Both the position numbers and the translations under genes were made by a program. A stretch of 52,756 nucleotides of DNA. Origin: Candidatus Aerophobota bacterium. GTDB taxonomy: Bacteria; Aerophobota; Aerophobia; Aerophobales; Aerophobaceae. Location of the stretch: contig DAOVGF010000021.1 of the NCBI GenBank assembly GCA_030672545.1, positions 1 to 52,756 on the forward strand, read 5' to 3'. Below are positions 1 to 9,706 of this stretch, in pieces. Numbering within the stretch: position 1 is the first letter of the stretch; each line of letters begins with the position of its first letter. The notes below the pieces were generated by a model. It saw nothing but the letters and a program-made list of their open reading frames with translations. It did no database searches and was not told where the DNA came from.

Positions 1-70
1 TTCTTTCCCCTCTTTTTGGAGAGATAATTACCCAGCGGTCCACCACTGGATCTTTCCTTAACTCAGACAT
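1..70 (-). CDS. N-terminal 23 codons of a GalT-like hexose-1-phosphate uridylyltransferase (partial, leaves window)
   Basis: Hand translation of the minus strand from ATG at 70-68 gives MSELRKDPVVDRWVIISPKRGER and stays open to position 1. From memory, the ELRxDPxxxxWVI pattern is typical of GalT-type N-termini. The fragment is not in the ORF track and is very short. Confidence 0.4.
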   Translation of the reverse strand, partial: MSELRKDPVVDRWVIISPKRGER

Positions 71-419
71 TTTGCAGCTCTCTTTCGCCTGGAGTATTCT
101 CCTATTTGTTTGCTATTTTCTCTGGAATGGAGCATATTATAAGTGAATAATCCATATTTATCAAGGAAAGGGGGAGGCTAGAGCCTCCCCCTTTCAGAAC
201 CCGAGATTGCTTCGCTTCACTCGCAATGACAGAAAGATAATGTGGTAGGGGCAACTTTACCTACCCACAGTCGTCATTGCGAGCCTGCCGTAGGCAGGTG
301 TGGCAATCTCATGAGATAGAATACAGAATGAGGACTTTCTCCTTGGGTAGGGGTGGTTGAAGTTGCCCTGGGATAATTTATAAATTCCTATACCTCAAGG
401 AAGTTGAGGATATACAAAG

Positions 420-1007
420 ATGAAATGGGCTAGACTTATCTTTCATACAGCCACCGGGGCAGCCATTGTCTCCATTTATGGTTTGAGCAATATAGACAAA
501 GGTTTAGCTCTGATAATCCTGGGAATAATAGCTATTTTTTTCGTAGCTGGAGATCTTTTACGCCTGGCTAATTCGAAAATCAACAATTTAGCTCAGCGAA
601 TCTTCAAATTGCTGATGCGATTTGACGAAAGAAACAGGGTTGCCGGGACAACTTATTACGTAATTGGCTGCTGGCTTAGTATCTTAATATTTAGTAAACT
701 GATTGCCTGTGTTTCTATATTGTTCTTGATATTGGGTGACGGAGCGGCTAAGTTAGTGGGGAAAAAGTTTGGCCGAATAATTATTTACGGAAACAAAACT
801 CTGGAAGGAACTCTAACTAACTTTCTGGTATCTCTGGCTATAGCTTTATTCCTTTGCAAGTTGGCCGGGTATCCCCATTTCTTTCTAGGCTCACTGATAG
901 GAGCTGGAGCGGCAACCTTAGCTGAGCTAATTCCCCGGGCAGACAATCTATGCATACCGCTCTTTGGTGGAATCGGTCTCACGGCAGCTTTATACTACCT
1001 TGGCTGA
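420..1007 (+). CDS. Integral membrane CTP-transferase-1 family protein (phosphatidate cytidylyltransferase / polyprenol-dolichol kinase-like)
   Basis: The 195-aa protein is strongly hydrophobic throughout. It carries the motifs GDGAAKLVGKKFGR and KTLEGTLTNF typical of the CdsA/dolichol-kinase superfamily. A GAGGA RBS lies upstream. Confidence 0.6.
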   Translation: MKWARLIFHTATGAAIVSIYGLSNIDKGLALIILGIIAIFFVAGDLLRLANSKINNLAQRIFKLLMRFDERNRVAGTTYYVIGCWLSILIFSKLIACVSILFLILGDGAAKLVGKKFGRIIIYGNKTLEGTLTNFLVSLAIALFLCKLAGYPHFFLGSLIGAGAATLAELIPRADNLCIPLFGGIGLTAALYYLG

Positions 1008-1072
1008 GAAACTGAAACCTCCTGGATAGCTCCACAGGCATTTTTTTATGAAATCTAAACTATTACTTTTCC

Positions 1073-1879
1073 CTACTCTCCAGCTAAAATTTCAACCACT
1101 CTATCGGGATAATTAGTTATAATACCGTCCACCCCCATCTCTAGACATCTTTTTATCAATCCAGGAGTATTTACCGTCCAAACCCAGACAAGCTTGTCTT
1201 TTTTATGAATAGCTCTTGTTAGCTCCGAACTAATCCGCTGGTAATGAATCCCCAGAATATCGGCCTGAGTGCGCAGACGAGTAGACTGCCGCAGGGTCAT
1301 AATTTCAGGATTAAGCCTTCTAACATTTTCAAGAAAGTTATCTCCCGGGCAGGCTATGATGCAGCACTGGCTCATTTGATATTGGTCTATAACTTTTAAT
1401 AAATTCTCCTCTACGGCCGGCACCTTAACATCAATGAGCAAACGAATTTTCCTTTCTCTGGCCCAGCCAAGCACTTCCTCTAAAGACAGTATTTTCTCAT
1501 TTTCATATTTTTCTTCAGGGCAAATCCTAATAGATAAAGATTTCAGTTCGGACAAGGTTTTATCCGCCACTTCTCCTCTTTCCTTAGTAATTCTATCAAT
1601 TCTTTGGTCATGGATAACCACCAGTTGGTTATCTCGCGTTTTGCGTAAATCAAACTCGATAACATCAGCTCCCATCCTCACCGCTAGTTCAAAAGCAACC
1701 AAAGTGTTCTCCAGGCAATAACCTGAGGCTCCCCGATGGGCTATGATCAAAGTCCTCCCGGAATGATTTAGGCCAGGGATATCAGGAGATAACTGGGTAG
1801 CGTATGCTATGCAAAGGAAGCTCATCCCTAAAAAGCTGATCACACCCCAGAAAAAATATCCCAAGTTCTTAATATTCAT
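1073..1879 (-). CDS. Glycerophosphodiester phosphodiesterase (GDPD family) with N-terminal signal/anchor
   Basis: The motifs IIAHRGASGYCLENT and EFDL...VVIHD match the GDPD catalytic signature. The N-terminus is a hydrophobic segment. Confidence 0.85.
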   Translation of the reverse strand: MNIKNLGYFFWGVISFLGMSFLCIAYATQLSPDIPGLNHSGRTLIIAHRGASGYCLENTLVAFELAVRMGADVIEFDLRKTRDNQLVVIHDQRIDRITKERGEVADKTLSELKSLSIRICPEEKYENEKILSLEEVLGWARERKIRLLIDVKVPAVEENLLKVIDQYQMSQCCIIACPGDNFLENVRRLNPEIMTLRQSTRLRTQADILGIHYQRISSELTRAIHKKDKLVWVWTVNTPGLIKRCLEMGVDGIITNYPDRVVEILAGE

Positions 1880-2102
1880 TTAGACAGATAGAGAAAACTT
1901 TTTCCTCTCTCCCTATCTATGATACCTATTTATGCTCATTTGTCATTTTATTCACCCTTATTTTCCTGGAAAAATCTAAAGACGTGCTTGTCCGTCGAGT
2001 ATGTTCTTCTCTCATAGTGTCTTTGACTTTTAACCGTTCTCTTGTATCATTTTATCCAATAAATTCTGACTTATTGGCTAAAAATAATAAAGGTGATAAC
2101 AA

Positions 2103-3350
2103 ATGTACCAGGCACTGCGAAAGAGCGCTGAAAAGAGATTAGCCGAAATTGGAACTGCCCAAGTGGTAGTGGGAATCCCCAGTTGTAATGATCAAACAAC
2201 CATTGCCAACGTGGTGCGGAGAGTTTCCGAAGGATTGAGAATACATTTTTCGGCTCATCGCTGTGTTTTAGTACTTGCCGATGGTGGCTCTACTGATGAT
2301 ACCCGGGAGGTAGTAGAGAACCTTCCTCTCAAAGGGATAGAGAAAATAGTCACTATTTATCGGGGAATTCCGGGAAAGGGCTCTGCTATAAGAGCTATTC
2401 TGGAAGTGGTAGTTAATCTGGGGGCGGGGACGGCAATAATGGTTGATGCTGATTTGCGCTCTGTCACCCCCTCCTGGGTAAAGATGCTGGGTGAGTTAGT
2501 TCATCTGGAGAAATGTGATTTTATGACTCCTCTCTATTTGCGCCATAAATTTGATGGAACCATTACCAACGATATTGCCTATCCTTTGACCAGAGCTTTG
2601 TACGGAGTTCGTATCCGGCAACCCATCGGGGGAGACTTCGCCTTGTGCGGACAACTGGCCCAGGAGCTATTGGAAGAGAAGGTCTGGGAAAGTGATGTTG
2701 CTCGCTTTGGAATAGATATTTTTATGACTACCACTGCTCTGGCCAGAGGTTACCGTACCGGTGAGGCCGCCCTGGGAGTTAAGATACATAACCCCAAAGA
2801 CCCCATTCATCTTACTCCCATGTTTCGCCAGGTAGTGGGAACAATGTTTGAGTTAGCCGGTAAGTATTATCCCCATTGGAACGAAATTAAGGGAAGTGTT
2901 CTTCCTCGGCAGCCGGGGGAAATGAGATTTGCCGAGCCTACTGAGGTAAAGATTTCCCTGGAGAATTTGAAAGTGGGCTTCAAAGCAGGATGGGAGAGAT
3001 TTTATCCCTTATGGAAAGATATTTTAAACAAGAATAATTTAGAAGAACTCAAAAAAATAAGAAGTAAAGATGGTCACCTTCCAGCGGAGAGTTGGGCCAG
3101 AATCGTCTATGATTATCTGGTAGCTTATCAGATTGAGAGGAAGGTAGACAGGTTTTTCTTTATCTGGTCTCTGGTCCCCCTTTATCAGTTGCGAACCGCC
3201 TCTTTTGTAGAAGAAGCCCAAGATATGACTAATCAGGAAGCGGAGGTTCTAATTGAGAATCAGGCCAGAATATTCGAAGAATTGAAACCCTACCTGCTTA
3301 AGTCCTGGTCGCAGAAAGTGGTGATGGGAAAAAATGGCTCACTTTTTTGA
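2103..3350 (+). CDS. GT-A fold glycosyltransferase (GT2/GT78/GT81-like)
   Basis: VVGIPSCND...LADGGSTDDT is the nucleotide-sugar binding N-terminus and MVDADL is a DxD motif. The QPIGGDF and RFGIDIF stretches resemble my recollection of mannosyl/glucosyl-glycerate synthase-type enzymes, which is weak evidence. Confidence 0.6.
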   Translation: MYQALRKSAEKRLAEIGTAQVVVGIPSCNDQTTIANVVRRVSEGLRIHFSAHRCVLVLADGGSTDDTREVVENLPLKGIEKIVTIYRGIPGKGSAIRAILEVVVNLGAGTAIMVDADLRSVTPSWVKMLGELVHLEKCDFMTPLYLRHKFDGTITNDIAYPLTRALYGVRIRQPIGGDFALCGQLAQELLEEKVWESDVARFGIDIFMTTTALARGYRTGEAALGVKIHNPKDPIHLTPMFRQVVGTMFELAGKYYPHWNEIKGSVLPRQPGEMRFAEPTEVKISLENLKVGFKAGWERFYPLWKDILNKNNLEELKKIRSKDGHLPAESWARIVYDYLVAYQIERKVDRFFFIWSLVPLYQLRTASFVEEAQDMTNQEAEVLIENQARIFEELKPYLLKSWSQKVVMGKNGSLF

Positions 3351-4805
3351 TTCAGCGAAAAATACCTGAATTCTTTCTTGCTGGGAATGCGAAGTTAAAA
3401 AGGAAACTAAAAAGGTTAGGATAGTGGCTATGATTACCCCTATTATAGAGGGGTCCCATCCTCCGTACCGAGAAGGAATACCCGGAATAAATTTACTGGC
3501 CATATAAAAGCCCTCGGAGACAATTAGTGCGGTTATTACTCCCACCACAGTAGTTCTTTTCCAGTAGAGAGAGATTAATAAAATCGGGGTAAGCTGAGCA
3601 AACCCGCCAAAAGCTACCAGACCTATACCCACCAAAGATCCCGGCGAGAGAAGACTGGCCACATAGGCCAAAATGGCAAAAACGGCTACCATTAATCTGC
3701 CCACCCAATGTTCTTTTCGGCTGGTAGCTTGGGGATCAATTACCCTTTTGTAGAGGTCGTGGGTAAGATAACTGCTGGCCGAAAGGAGCATCGAGTCCGA
3801 GGAAGACATCATGGCTGCCAGAGCCCCAGCGACAATGATACTGGCGAACCAGAAGGGAGTGTATTTGTCCAGCATTACGGAAAGAACCATATCCGGTCTT
3901 TTCAGACCAGGGACTACTCCTGCTCCCCAGGCTCCGACGAGAAAAGCGGGAAGGAAAAGGAGAAGACAAAGCAATGGCCAAATAATAAAGGCTCTTTGAA
4001 GGACTTTTTCTGACTTGCCTACAAAGAAACGTTGGTTAATCTGGGGAAAACAGATAACTCCCAAGGCCGTACTCACGGCGGCTGACCAGATCATCTGGGG
4101 AGTCCAGGATTTTCCCAGAGTGAATACTCTCTCTGCCTGGGAAAGTACCTTTGAAGCAGCCACCTCTGGACCACCAATACTTCTTCCGATGAAGATTAGG
4201 GCTAACCAGATACAAATGAGCATAAAGAGGCCCTGAAAAGTGTCGGTCCAAGCTACGCCTCTCATTCCTCCCAGAACTACATAAATAAGCATGAATAAAG
4301 TAATAAGTCCCGCTCCTATCGGGTAAGAAATGACTCCCCGGGTGAGACCCTCCAAAGCGTAGCCGGCCCCCATCTGTTGGATCATCACGTAGGGAAAGAG
4401 CCAGAATAAAGAGACAACCGAAACGAGTACTCTCAGGGTAGCTGAGCCGAACCTGTGCTCCAGCATCTCTCCCACGGTAATATAGCGATGTTTCTGTCCC
4501 AGTCTCCACTGACGAGCTCCAATGACGTACCAGAGGATAGCCACCAAGAAGCCGTCCATTATTCCCATCACCAGCATCCACTCCATTCCCGTGGCGTAGA
4601 CCTTGCCTGGTCCACCAAAAAAGGTAAAGGATGACATCAGAGTGGCAAACATAGTTAGTAAAAGAACCAAAGTTCCCAGGCTACGATTGGCCAGAAAATA
4701 GTCTTCTACTTCTCTTTTGGTCAGGCGATAACCCCGGAGGCCAATAAAAAGAGCTACCACCATAAACATTAGTATAATGGCAAACTGGATTAATCCTCTA
4801 GTCAT
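3339..4805 (-). CDS. Sodium:solute symporter (SSS/SSF family)
   Basis: The 488-aa protein has about 13 predicted TM helices. The overall pattern is typical of the PutP/PanF/OpuE-like SSS family. Confidence 0.85.
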   Translation of the reverse strand: MTRGLIQFAIILMFMVVALFIGLRGYRLTKREVEDYFLANRSLGTLVLLLTMFATLMSSFTFFGGPGKVYATGMEWMLVMGIMDGFLVAILWYVIGARQWRLGQKHRYITVGEMLEHRFGSATLRVLVSVVSLFWLFPYVMIQQMGAGYALEGLTRGVISYPIGAGLITLFMLIYVVLGGMRGVAWTDTFQGLFMLICIWLALIFIGRSIGGPEVAASKVLSQAERVFTLGKSWTPQMIWSAAVSTALGVICFPQINQRFFVGKSEKVLQRAFIIWPLLCLLLFLPAFLVGAWGAGVVPGLKRPDMVLSVMLDKYTPFWFASIIVAGALAAMMSSSDSMLLSASSYLTHDLYKRVIDPQATSRKEHWVGRLMVAVFAILAYVASLLSPGSLVGIGLVAFGGFAQLTPILLISLYWKRTTVVGVITALIVSEGFYMASKFIPGIPSRYGGWDPSIIGVIIATILTFLVSFLTSHSQQERIQVFFAESKK

Positions 4806-5011
4806 TAATTACTCCTCTCTTTAGTCCAATAGGTTCTTACAAATAGCCAGAAAAGAAAAACGGAGAAAAGAAGCCACCCAACATGATACCAGACCCACAG
4901 AGGTATTCCTATAAAAAGAAGCGAGGACCCCCAGAGAAACCAGGGTATCCCCATTACCATAGTGATAAAAAACACCCCCATCCAAACAATTTTCTTTTTT
5001 AATTTGGTCAT
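4805..5011 (-). CDS. Small two-TM membrane protein, DUF3311-like accessory subunit of the SSS transporter
   Basis: The 68-aa product has two hydrophobic helices. Its stop overlaps the symporter start (TAATG). This arrangement is typical of DUF3311 genes upstream of SSS transporters. Confidence 0.55.
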   Translation of the reverse strand: MTKLKKKIVWMGVFFITMVMGIPWFLWGSSLLFIGIPLWVWYHVGWLLFSVFLFWLFVRTYWTKERSN

Positions 5012-5155
5012 TGATTACCCCTTTATTCCCGTAAGAAAAAAAAATTATACCTTTTTTCTCTTCCCTGTCAAAGATTTTCTTTGGTTTCTTCAGTTTCAGT
5101 CTTTTCTTATTTACTAATATTCTCTATAGGATATCTTTCCAAAGCGTTATTGAAA

Positions 5156-6232
5156 TTACAAAATTGTCTCGTAGAGAAGCAGTCTCTCAACTGTCTCGTT
5201 CAGCCCTATTTGCCTGGTCAAAGTTCCATCAATGGCTTCGACGTAGGTTAAAATACGATTTTTTAGAGGATCGTATACAAGACTGGCATAGCCCAGTAAA
5301 GGGTGTTTCTTGTGTTCATATTTTGATTGAGGCTGCCATGGTGTACGGAAGATTGTCTCCAAATTCATATTTCTATAGTCCACGTTGTAGGCAGCAAAAT
5401 TGGGGATAGATCCACCTCCGTGTCCGATCTTGTATTCATCGGCATAAACGACCCGATTCTTACTCACCCGGGAATCTTCCATTTCGCTTTCCAATCCGAG
5501 GAATAAAGGACCATTGGTCCCCGCAAAAAGGGAACCGGAGAGAAACCGCAACCGGTCAGTTCCATCAATGGTAAAAACGCCGTGTTTACTCCAGGTAATA
5601 CCGTCAATACTGGTAGCCAGAGCCGGTCGTTCTCGACGTTCTTTATCTATGGCTTTATAAAAACAAAACCATCGGCCATCTATAATATCGATGGTGGCAT
5701 CCCGAGCCTGACCTGCATCATAGGACTGATCATTTTTGATTACCAATCCTTTTGACCGCCAGGGACCTTCCAACTTAGAGGAAGTGAGAAGTAGTGTCTC
5801 CCAGTACACTCCTCCCCAGGCAAACTCGGAACCGGTATCCACCGAGAGATAGAAATGCCATTCTCCGTTCAGGGGATTCTTTAAAAGTTGGGTTCCTTCA
5901 ATGCTATGGATTTTGAGACCACTCTTCCGGCAAACTTCTTCTTTACTAATACTCACAATTAACTCAAAGTTTTCTCCATTTTTCGATCGATAAATATTAG
6001 CGGCAAAACCTCGTACTTTTCCTTCGGCTTTGCGTGGTCGGGCAGTCAATAAAAATTGTTCATTTTCGGGATCGAAGAGAGCTTTCCCCGCTCCAATCCA
6101 GGATCCAGGGTCAAAATTGGGCGGATCCAAAACCACTCCTTTAAAGTGCTGGTGAGAAAAAATGTACTGCGGTGGTACCACACCCTGCCAAAGTCCCGAG
6201 AAGTTTATCTTTTTCAGCATCTTTACCTCCAA
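5156..6232 (-). CDS. Hypothetical protein, possibly a beta-propeller glycoside hydrolase/phosphorylase-like fold
   Basis: This is a 358-aa soluble ORF with no competing frame. Repeated W/G/D-rich strand-like segments are the only hint, and the function call is weak. Confidence 0.45.
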   Translation of the reverse strand: MEVKMLKKINFSGLWQGVVPPQYIFSHQHFKGVVLDPPNFDPGSWIGAGKALFDPENEQFLLTARPRKAEGKVRGFAANIYRSKNGENFELIVSISKEEVCRKSGLKIHSIEGTQLLKNPLNGEWHFYLSVDTGSEFAWGGVYWETLLLTSSKLEGPWRSKGLVIKNDQSYDAGQARDATIDIIDGRWFCFYKAIDKERRERPALATSIDGITWSKHGVFTIDGTDRLRFLSGSLFAGTNGPLFLGLESEMEDSRVSKNRVVYADEYKIGHGGGSIPNFAAYNVDYRNMNLETIFRTPWQPQSKYEHKKHPLLGYASLVYDPLKNRILTYVEAIDGTLTRQIGLNETVERLLLYETIL

Positions 6233-6280
6233 TATTATAGAAATTATTTACGGCGATTTGTCATTGCGAACAAAGCCAAG

Positions 6281-6402
6281 CGTAATAATTTAGATTTCAT
6301 AAAGGTAGCCACAAGTTTTAACTTGCGCAAAGGAGCCATGGTAGCCGCAACCTTTAGATTGCGCAAATAAACGCAGGCTAAAGCCTGCGTTTACCACTCT
6401 AT
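6281..6402. repeat. REP/REPIN-like cluster (locus a): 22-nt accessory module plus two forward and one inverted REP units
   Basis: The units are GTAGCCaCAAGTTTTAACTTGCGCAAA, GTAGCCGCAACCTTTAGaTTGCGCAAA and the inverted AAACGCAGGCTAAAGCCTGCGTTTACC, flanked by CCACTCTATC. A stretch of about 90 nt is near-identical to 15280-15370. Confidence 0.85.
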
Positions 6403-6484
6403 CTTCGCCAAAAAAAGATTTCCCTTGCTTCGTTTCATTAATTTGCCATAGCTCACCGACTTTGTCAAAATTTCTCTGAGAGAG

Positions 6485-6512
6485 TTGACCTCGGTAGAAG
6501 AGTTGATATTAT
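6485..6512 (+). promoter_or_regulatory. Candidate sigma70-type promoter for the SNF2 gene
   Basis: TTGACC (6485-6490), a 16-nt spacer, then TATTAT (6507-6512). It sits about 50 nt upstream of the ATG at 6565. The call rests on a motif match only. Confidence 0.35.
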
Positions 6513-6564
6513 AGCAGGTGACTTCATTATGGGCATTTAGCCAGAACCAAAAGAGAAATTTTCT

Positions 6565-9500
6565 ATGATCATTCTTCATGCCTCCTGGTTTGAACAAAAT
6601 CTCCACCTCTGGGCAGAGATGACCCCCGAAGTACCGTATATACCCCATCGGCGGCGGGGGAGAAAGCCCAAGATACCTCGACCGAAGCCATTTCCTTACG
6701 ATGCCGGACCAAAAGGATTGCAGAACTCCTTGTCCTCGTTTGGGAGCGGGATTATCCGGGTCAAGAGACGAGTGGCTACGGTCTGCGCTTGGCTCCCGTC
6801 AGGTGATGGGATTCCCCTTGCCTCCAGTCCAATGATTGCCGAACCGCCAGCATCTGTTGCCCAGGTAGAGCTCTTGCCCTGGCTGGTGACGGTACTTTCC
6901 TTAAAGTGGGAGGAAATAGGTGAGGTACTGTGTCGCTGTCTGTCCGGAGACTTGCTGGCTCGGGGGGTGCTGGCCGGTACGGATTTTCAATGGTGGTCTG
7001 AGAACCTACGGTTAGCCGGAGCTCTGGTAGTGCGACAGGCATATCTGCCGGGGGTCGAAGAAGGAGAAAAAGGTCTCGAGGCTCGATGGCAGCCCGTTTT
7101 TGAGGGGGCTAACCAGGATCGTCTAACAGTTCTGGCCCGCCACATGCCTCCCTCGGCGCGCTGCCTGACCAGTACGGACACCACGACACCTCCTAACATA
7201 CCTCCAGAGTTTTTCGCTCGTGTCTTTATTAGCCGAACAATGGACTGGATGATCAGAAGATCAACTAGGATCAGGGACGTCTCACCCGCAGCCCGTAAAC
7301 TTAAGAACAATCTAAAGTTTGACAGTGTCCACGATGCCTGGTTGCACGCTCTGCAATCCGATCCTGCCTTAATCCCCTGGGATGACCGTAGTCATTTAAT
7401 TGATCTGGCTAATCAGATAGACCAATGGCGACGTCCTATTCAAATAACTGCCCAGGCCAAGTGTCGCTTGTGCTTTCGTCTGGAAGAACCTAAATCCTCA
7501 AAATGTCCAGAAAGCATCTCCGTCAGAGTTCCAGGCGGAGACTGGTACCTACGCTATTTACTGCAGCCCCACGCCGATCGAAGTCTCCAGGTTCCGGTAG
7601 CAGAAGTCTGGAAGACACGCAGCCGGTCGGCCAGAATGTTGAAGAAACTTGCTGGTGAGGTACAGGAGTACTTGCTAACAGCGCTGGGACAGGCGTCCGG
7701 ATTATGTCCGGACATCGCCGTTAGCCTGGAGTCCAAACACCCGGGTGGATGTATCCTTGGTACGGAAAATGCCTACGAGTTTCTGAGGCGACATGCGCCG
7801 GCTCTGGAAGCGGTCGGATTTGGCCTTATGTTGCCGGCCTGGTGGACCCAGAAAGGTACTAAGCAGCGTTTGTCGCTCCGGGCCAAGGTGAAGAGTCCTC
7901 AAATGCAAAGCAACAGCGGGCTGACGCTGAGCACCATTACCGAAGTAAACTGGGAATTGGCCCTCGGGGATACCAGTATCTCCCTCAAGGAGATCAACCA
8001 GTTGGCCAAGATGAAAGTACCCCTGGTCCAGCTTCGGGGCACCTGGGTAGAAGTAGATGCCTGTCAAATCCAGGAAGTAGCCAAGTTCTGGAAGGAGCAA
8101 TCCCGCTCGGAAATGTCCGCCGGTGAAGTGGTCCGAATGGCACTGGGGGCTAAGGATGAGAGGTACGGTTTACCGGTTGGTCATGTTGAGACCGAGGGCT
8201 GGGTTGGAAAACTTCTTGACCGACTTCAAAGTAATGAACTATTTGAGGAGTTGGCCGTTCCTGACCAGTTGCAGGGTACTCTCCGTCCCTATCAGAGGCG
8301 AGGATATTCCTGGCTGGCTTTCCTGCGGCAATGGGGGTTGGGTGCCTGCTTGGCCGACGATATGGGGTTGGGTAAAACAGCACAGGCGTTAGCTTTGATT
8401 GCTCGAGAACGGGGAGTGGGCGAAACCCGGCCCGTGCTAGTGATTTGCCCCACCTCCGTAATTAACAACTGGGTGAAGGAATCCCAGAAGTTCACCCCCG
8501 AACTCTCGGTTTTGGTTCACCATGGGGTGGGACGAAGGAAGCGGGAAACCTTCATTAAGCAGGTGGCAGATCACGCCCTGGTTGTTTCCAGTTATGGTCT
8601 ACTTCACCGAGATCTCCAGTTCCTGCAGGCCGTCCCCTGGGCCGGTATTATCCTGGATGAAGCGCAAAACATTAAGAATCCCGAGACTAAACAGTCCCGG
8701 GCAGCCCGGGCCCTTTCCGCTGATTATCGGATTGTCTTGACGGGCACACCGGTGGAAAACCACGTGGGTGATCTCTGGGCAGTCATGGAATTTCTCAATC
8801 CCCGTCTGCTGGGTACCCAAAACTCCTTTAAGCAGCGGTTCTTCATTCCCATTCAGAGAGACCGGGATCAAGAAACAGCCGAGCAACTCAGACGCTTGAC
8901 CGGTCCGTTTATCCTGCGCCGTTTGAAAACAGACAAATCCATTATTACCGATCTACCGGAGAAGATGGAGATCAAAACTTACTGTACCTTGACCCGGGAA
9001 CAAGCTACGCTTTACGCGGCCGTGCTTCGAGAAACTACCAAGGCACTGGAGGAAACCGATGGTATCCGGCGTAAAGGTGTGATTCTGGCCACTTTGTCCA
9101 AGCTAAAGCAAATATGCAATCATCCGGCCCAATTTCTGGGTGATAACTCTGTTATTGAGAATCGTTCGGGCAAAGTGAGCCGGTTAGTAGAGATGCTGGA
9201 AGAGGTCATTGACCAAGAGGGGGGAGTTCTGATTTTTTCCCAGTTTGCCAAAATGGGTGAAATCCTTAAACAGCATCTCCAGGAAGTCTTTGGGCGTGAG
9301 GTCCTGTTTCTCCACGGCAAAGTGAGCAGAAAACGGCGCGACCAAATGATAGAAAGATTCCAGCAAAAGAATGGTCCGCCAGTCTTTGTTCTCTCTCTTA
9401 AAGCTGGAGGTACCGGTATAAATTTAACCCGAGCTAACCGCGTCTTTCATTTTGACCGCTGGTGGAACCCGGCCGTGGAGAATCAGGCTACCGATCGTGC

Positions 9501-9705
9501 CTTTCGGATTGGGCAAACCAGAAATGTGCAAGTATACAAATTCATCTGCGCCGGTACCCTGGAGGAGCGGATTGATGAGATAATCGAGTCCAAAGAATCT
9601 ATAGCCAGGGAAATAATCGGGACCGGGGAAAGCTGGCTAACCGAGTTATCCAATAGCGAACTCAAGCAAGTTCTTCTCCTGGGCCGGGAAGCAGTGGGGG
9701 ATTGA
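6565..9705 (+). CDS. SNF2-family helicase/ATPase with a large (~560 aa) N-terminal SNF2-associated domain
   Basis: Helicase motifs are present: LADDMGLGKT (I), ILDEAQNIKN (II), LTGTPVEN (III) and QATDRAFRIGQ (VI). The MIILHASW start is typical of bacterial SNF2-associated N-terminal domains. Confidence 0.9.
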   Translation: MIILHASWFEQNLHLWAEMTPEVPYIPHRRRGRKPKIPRPKPFPYDAGPKGLQNSLSSFGSGIIRVKRRVATVCAWLPSGDGIPLASSPMIAEPPASVAQVELLPWLVTVLSLKWEEIGEVLCRCLSGDLLARGVLAGTDFQWWSENLRLAGALVVRQAYLPGVEEGEKGLEARWQPVFEGANQDRLTVLARHMPPSARCLTSTDTTTPPNIPPEFFARVFISRTMDWMIRRSTRIRDVSPAARKLKNNLKFDSVHDAWLHALQSDPALIPWDDRSHLIDLANQIDQWRRPIQITAQAKCRLCFRLEEPKSSKCPESISVRVPGGDWYLRYLLQPHADRSLQVPVAEVWKTRSRSARMLKKLAGEVQEYLLTALGQASGLCPDIAVSLESKHPGGCILGTENAYEFLRRHAPALEAVGFGLMLPAWWTQKGTKQRLSLRAKVKSPQMQSNSGLTLSTITEVNWELALGDTSISLKEINQLAKMKVPLVQLRGTWVEVDACQIQEVAKFWKEQSRSEMSAGEVVRMALGAKDERYGLPVGHVETEGWVGKLLDRLQSNELFEELAVPDQLQGTLRPYQRRGYSWLAFLRQWGLGACLADDMGLGKTAQALALIARERGVGETRPVLVICPTSVINNWVKESQKFTPELSVLVHHGVGRRKRETFIKQVADHALVVSSYGLLHRDLQFLQAVPWAGIILDEAQNIKNPETKQSRAARALSADYRIVLTGTPVENHVGDLWAVMEFLNPRLLGTQNSFKQRFFIPIQRDRDQETAEQLRRLTGPFILRRLKTDKSIITDLPEKMEIKTYCTLTREQATLYAAVLRETTKALEETDGIRRKGVILATLSKLKQICNHPAQFLGDNSVIENRSGKVSRLVEMLEEVIDQEGGVLIFSQFAKMGEILKQHLQEVFGREVLFLHGKVSRKRRDQMIERFQQKNGPPVFVLSLKAGGTGINLTRANRVFHFDRWWNPAVENQATDRAFRIGQTRNVQVYKFICAGTLEERIDEIIESKESIAREIIGTGESWLTELSNSELKQVLLLGREAVGD

Positions 9706-9706
9706 G

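Noticed and set aside
170-191. The perfect GC-rich palindrome as a rho-independent terminator
   Set aside because: It lies upstream of both flanking genes in a divergent intergenic region, so no transcript is expected to end there. The flanking A/T runs are only 3 nt.
3493-4581. Antisense and alternate-frame ORFs within the symporter gene (3493..3708, 3708..4013, 3736..3981, 3811..3999, 4015..4236, 4036..4581)
   Set aside because: The symporter frame has a continuous TM-helix pattern and family features. The overlapping ORFs have none.
6056-6648. ORFs 6056..6370 (+, 104 aa) and 6391..6648 (-, 85 aa) in the gap before the SNF2 gene
   Set aside because: Both run through the REP hairpin cluster or overlap flanking genes. 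Their sequences are low-complexity translations of palindromes, and they have no RBS or family resemblance.
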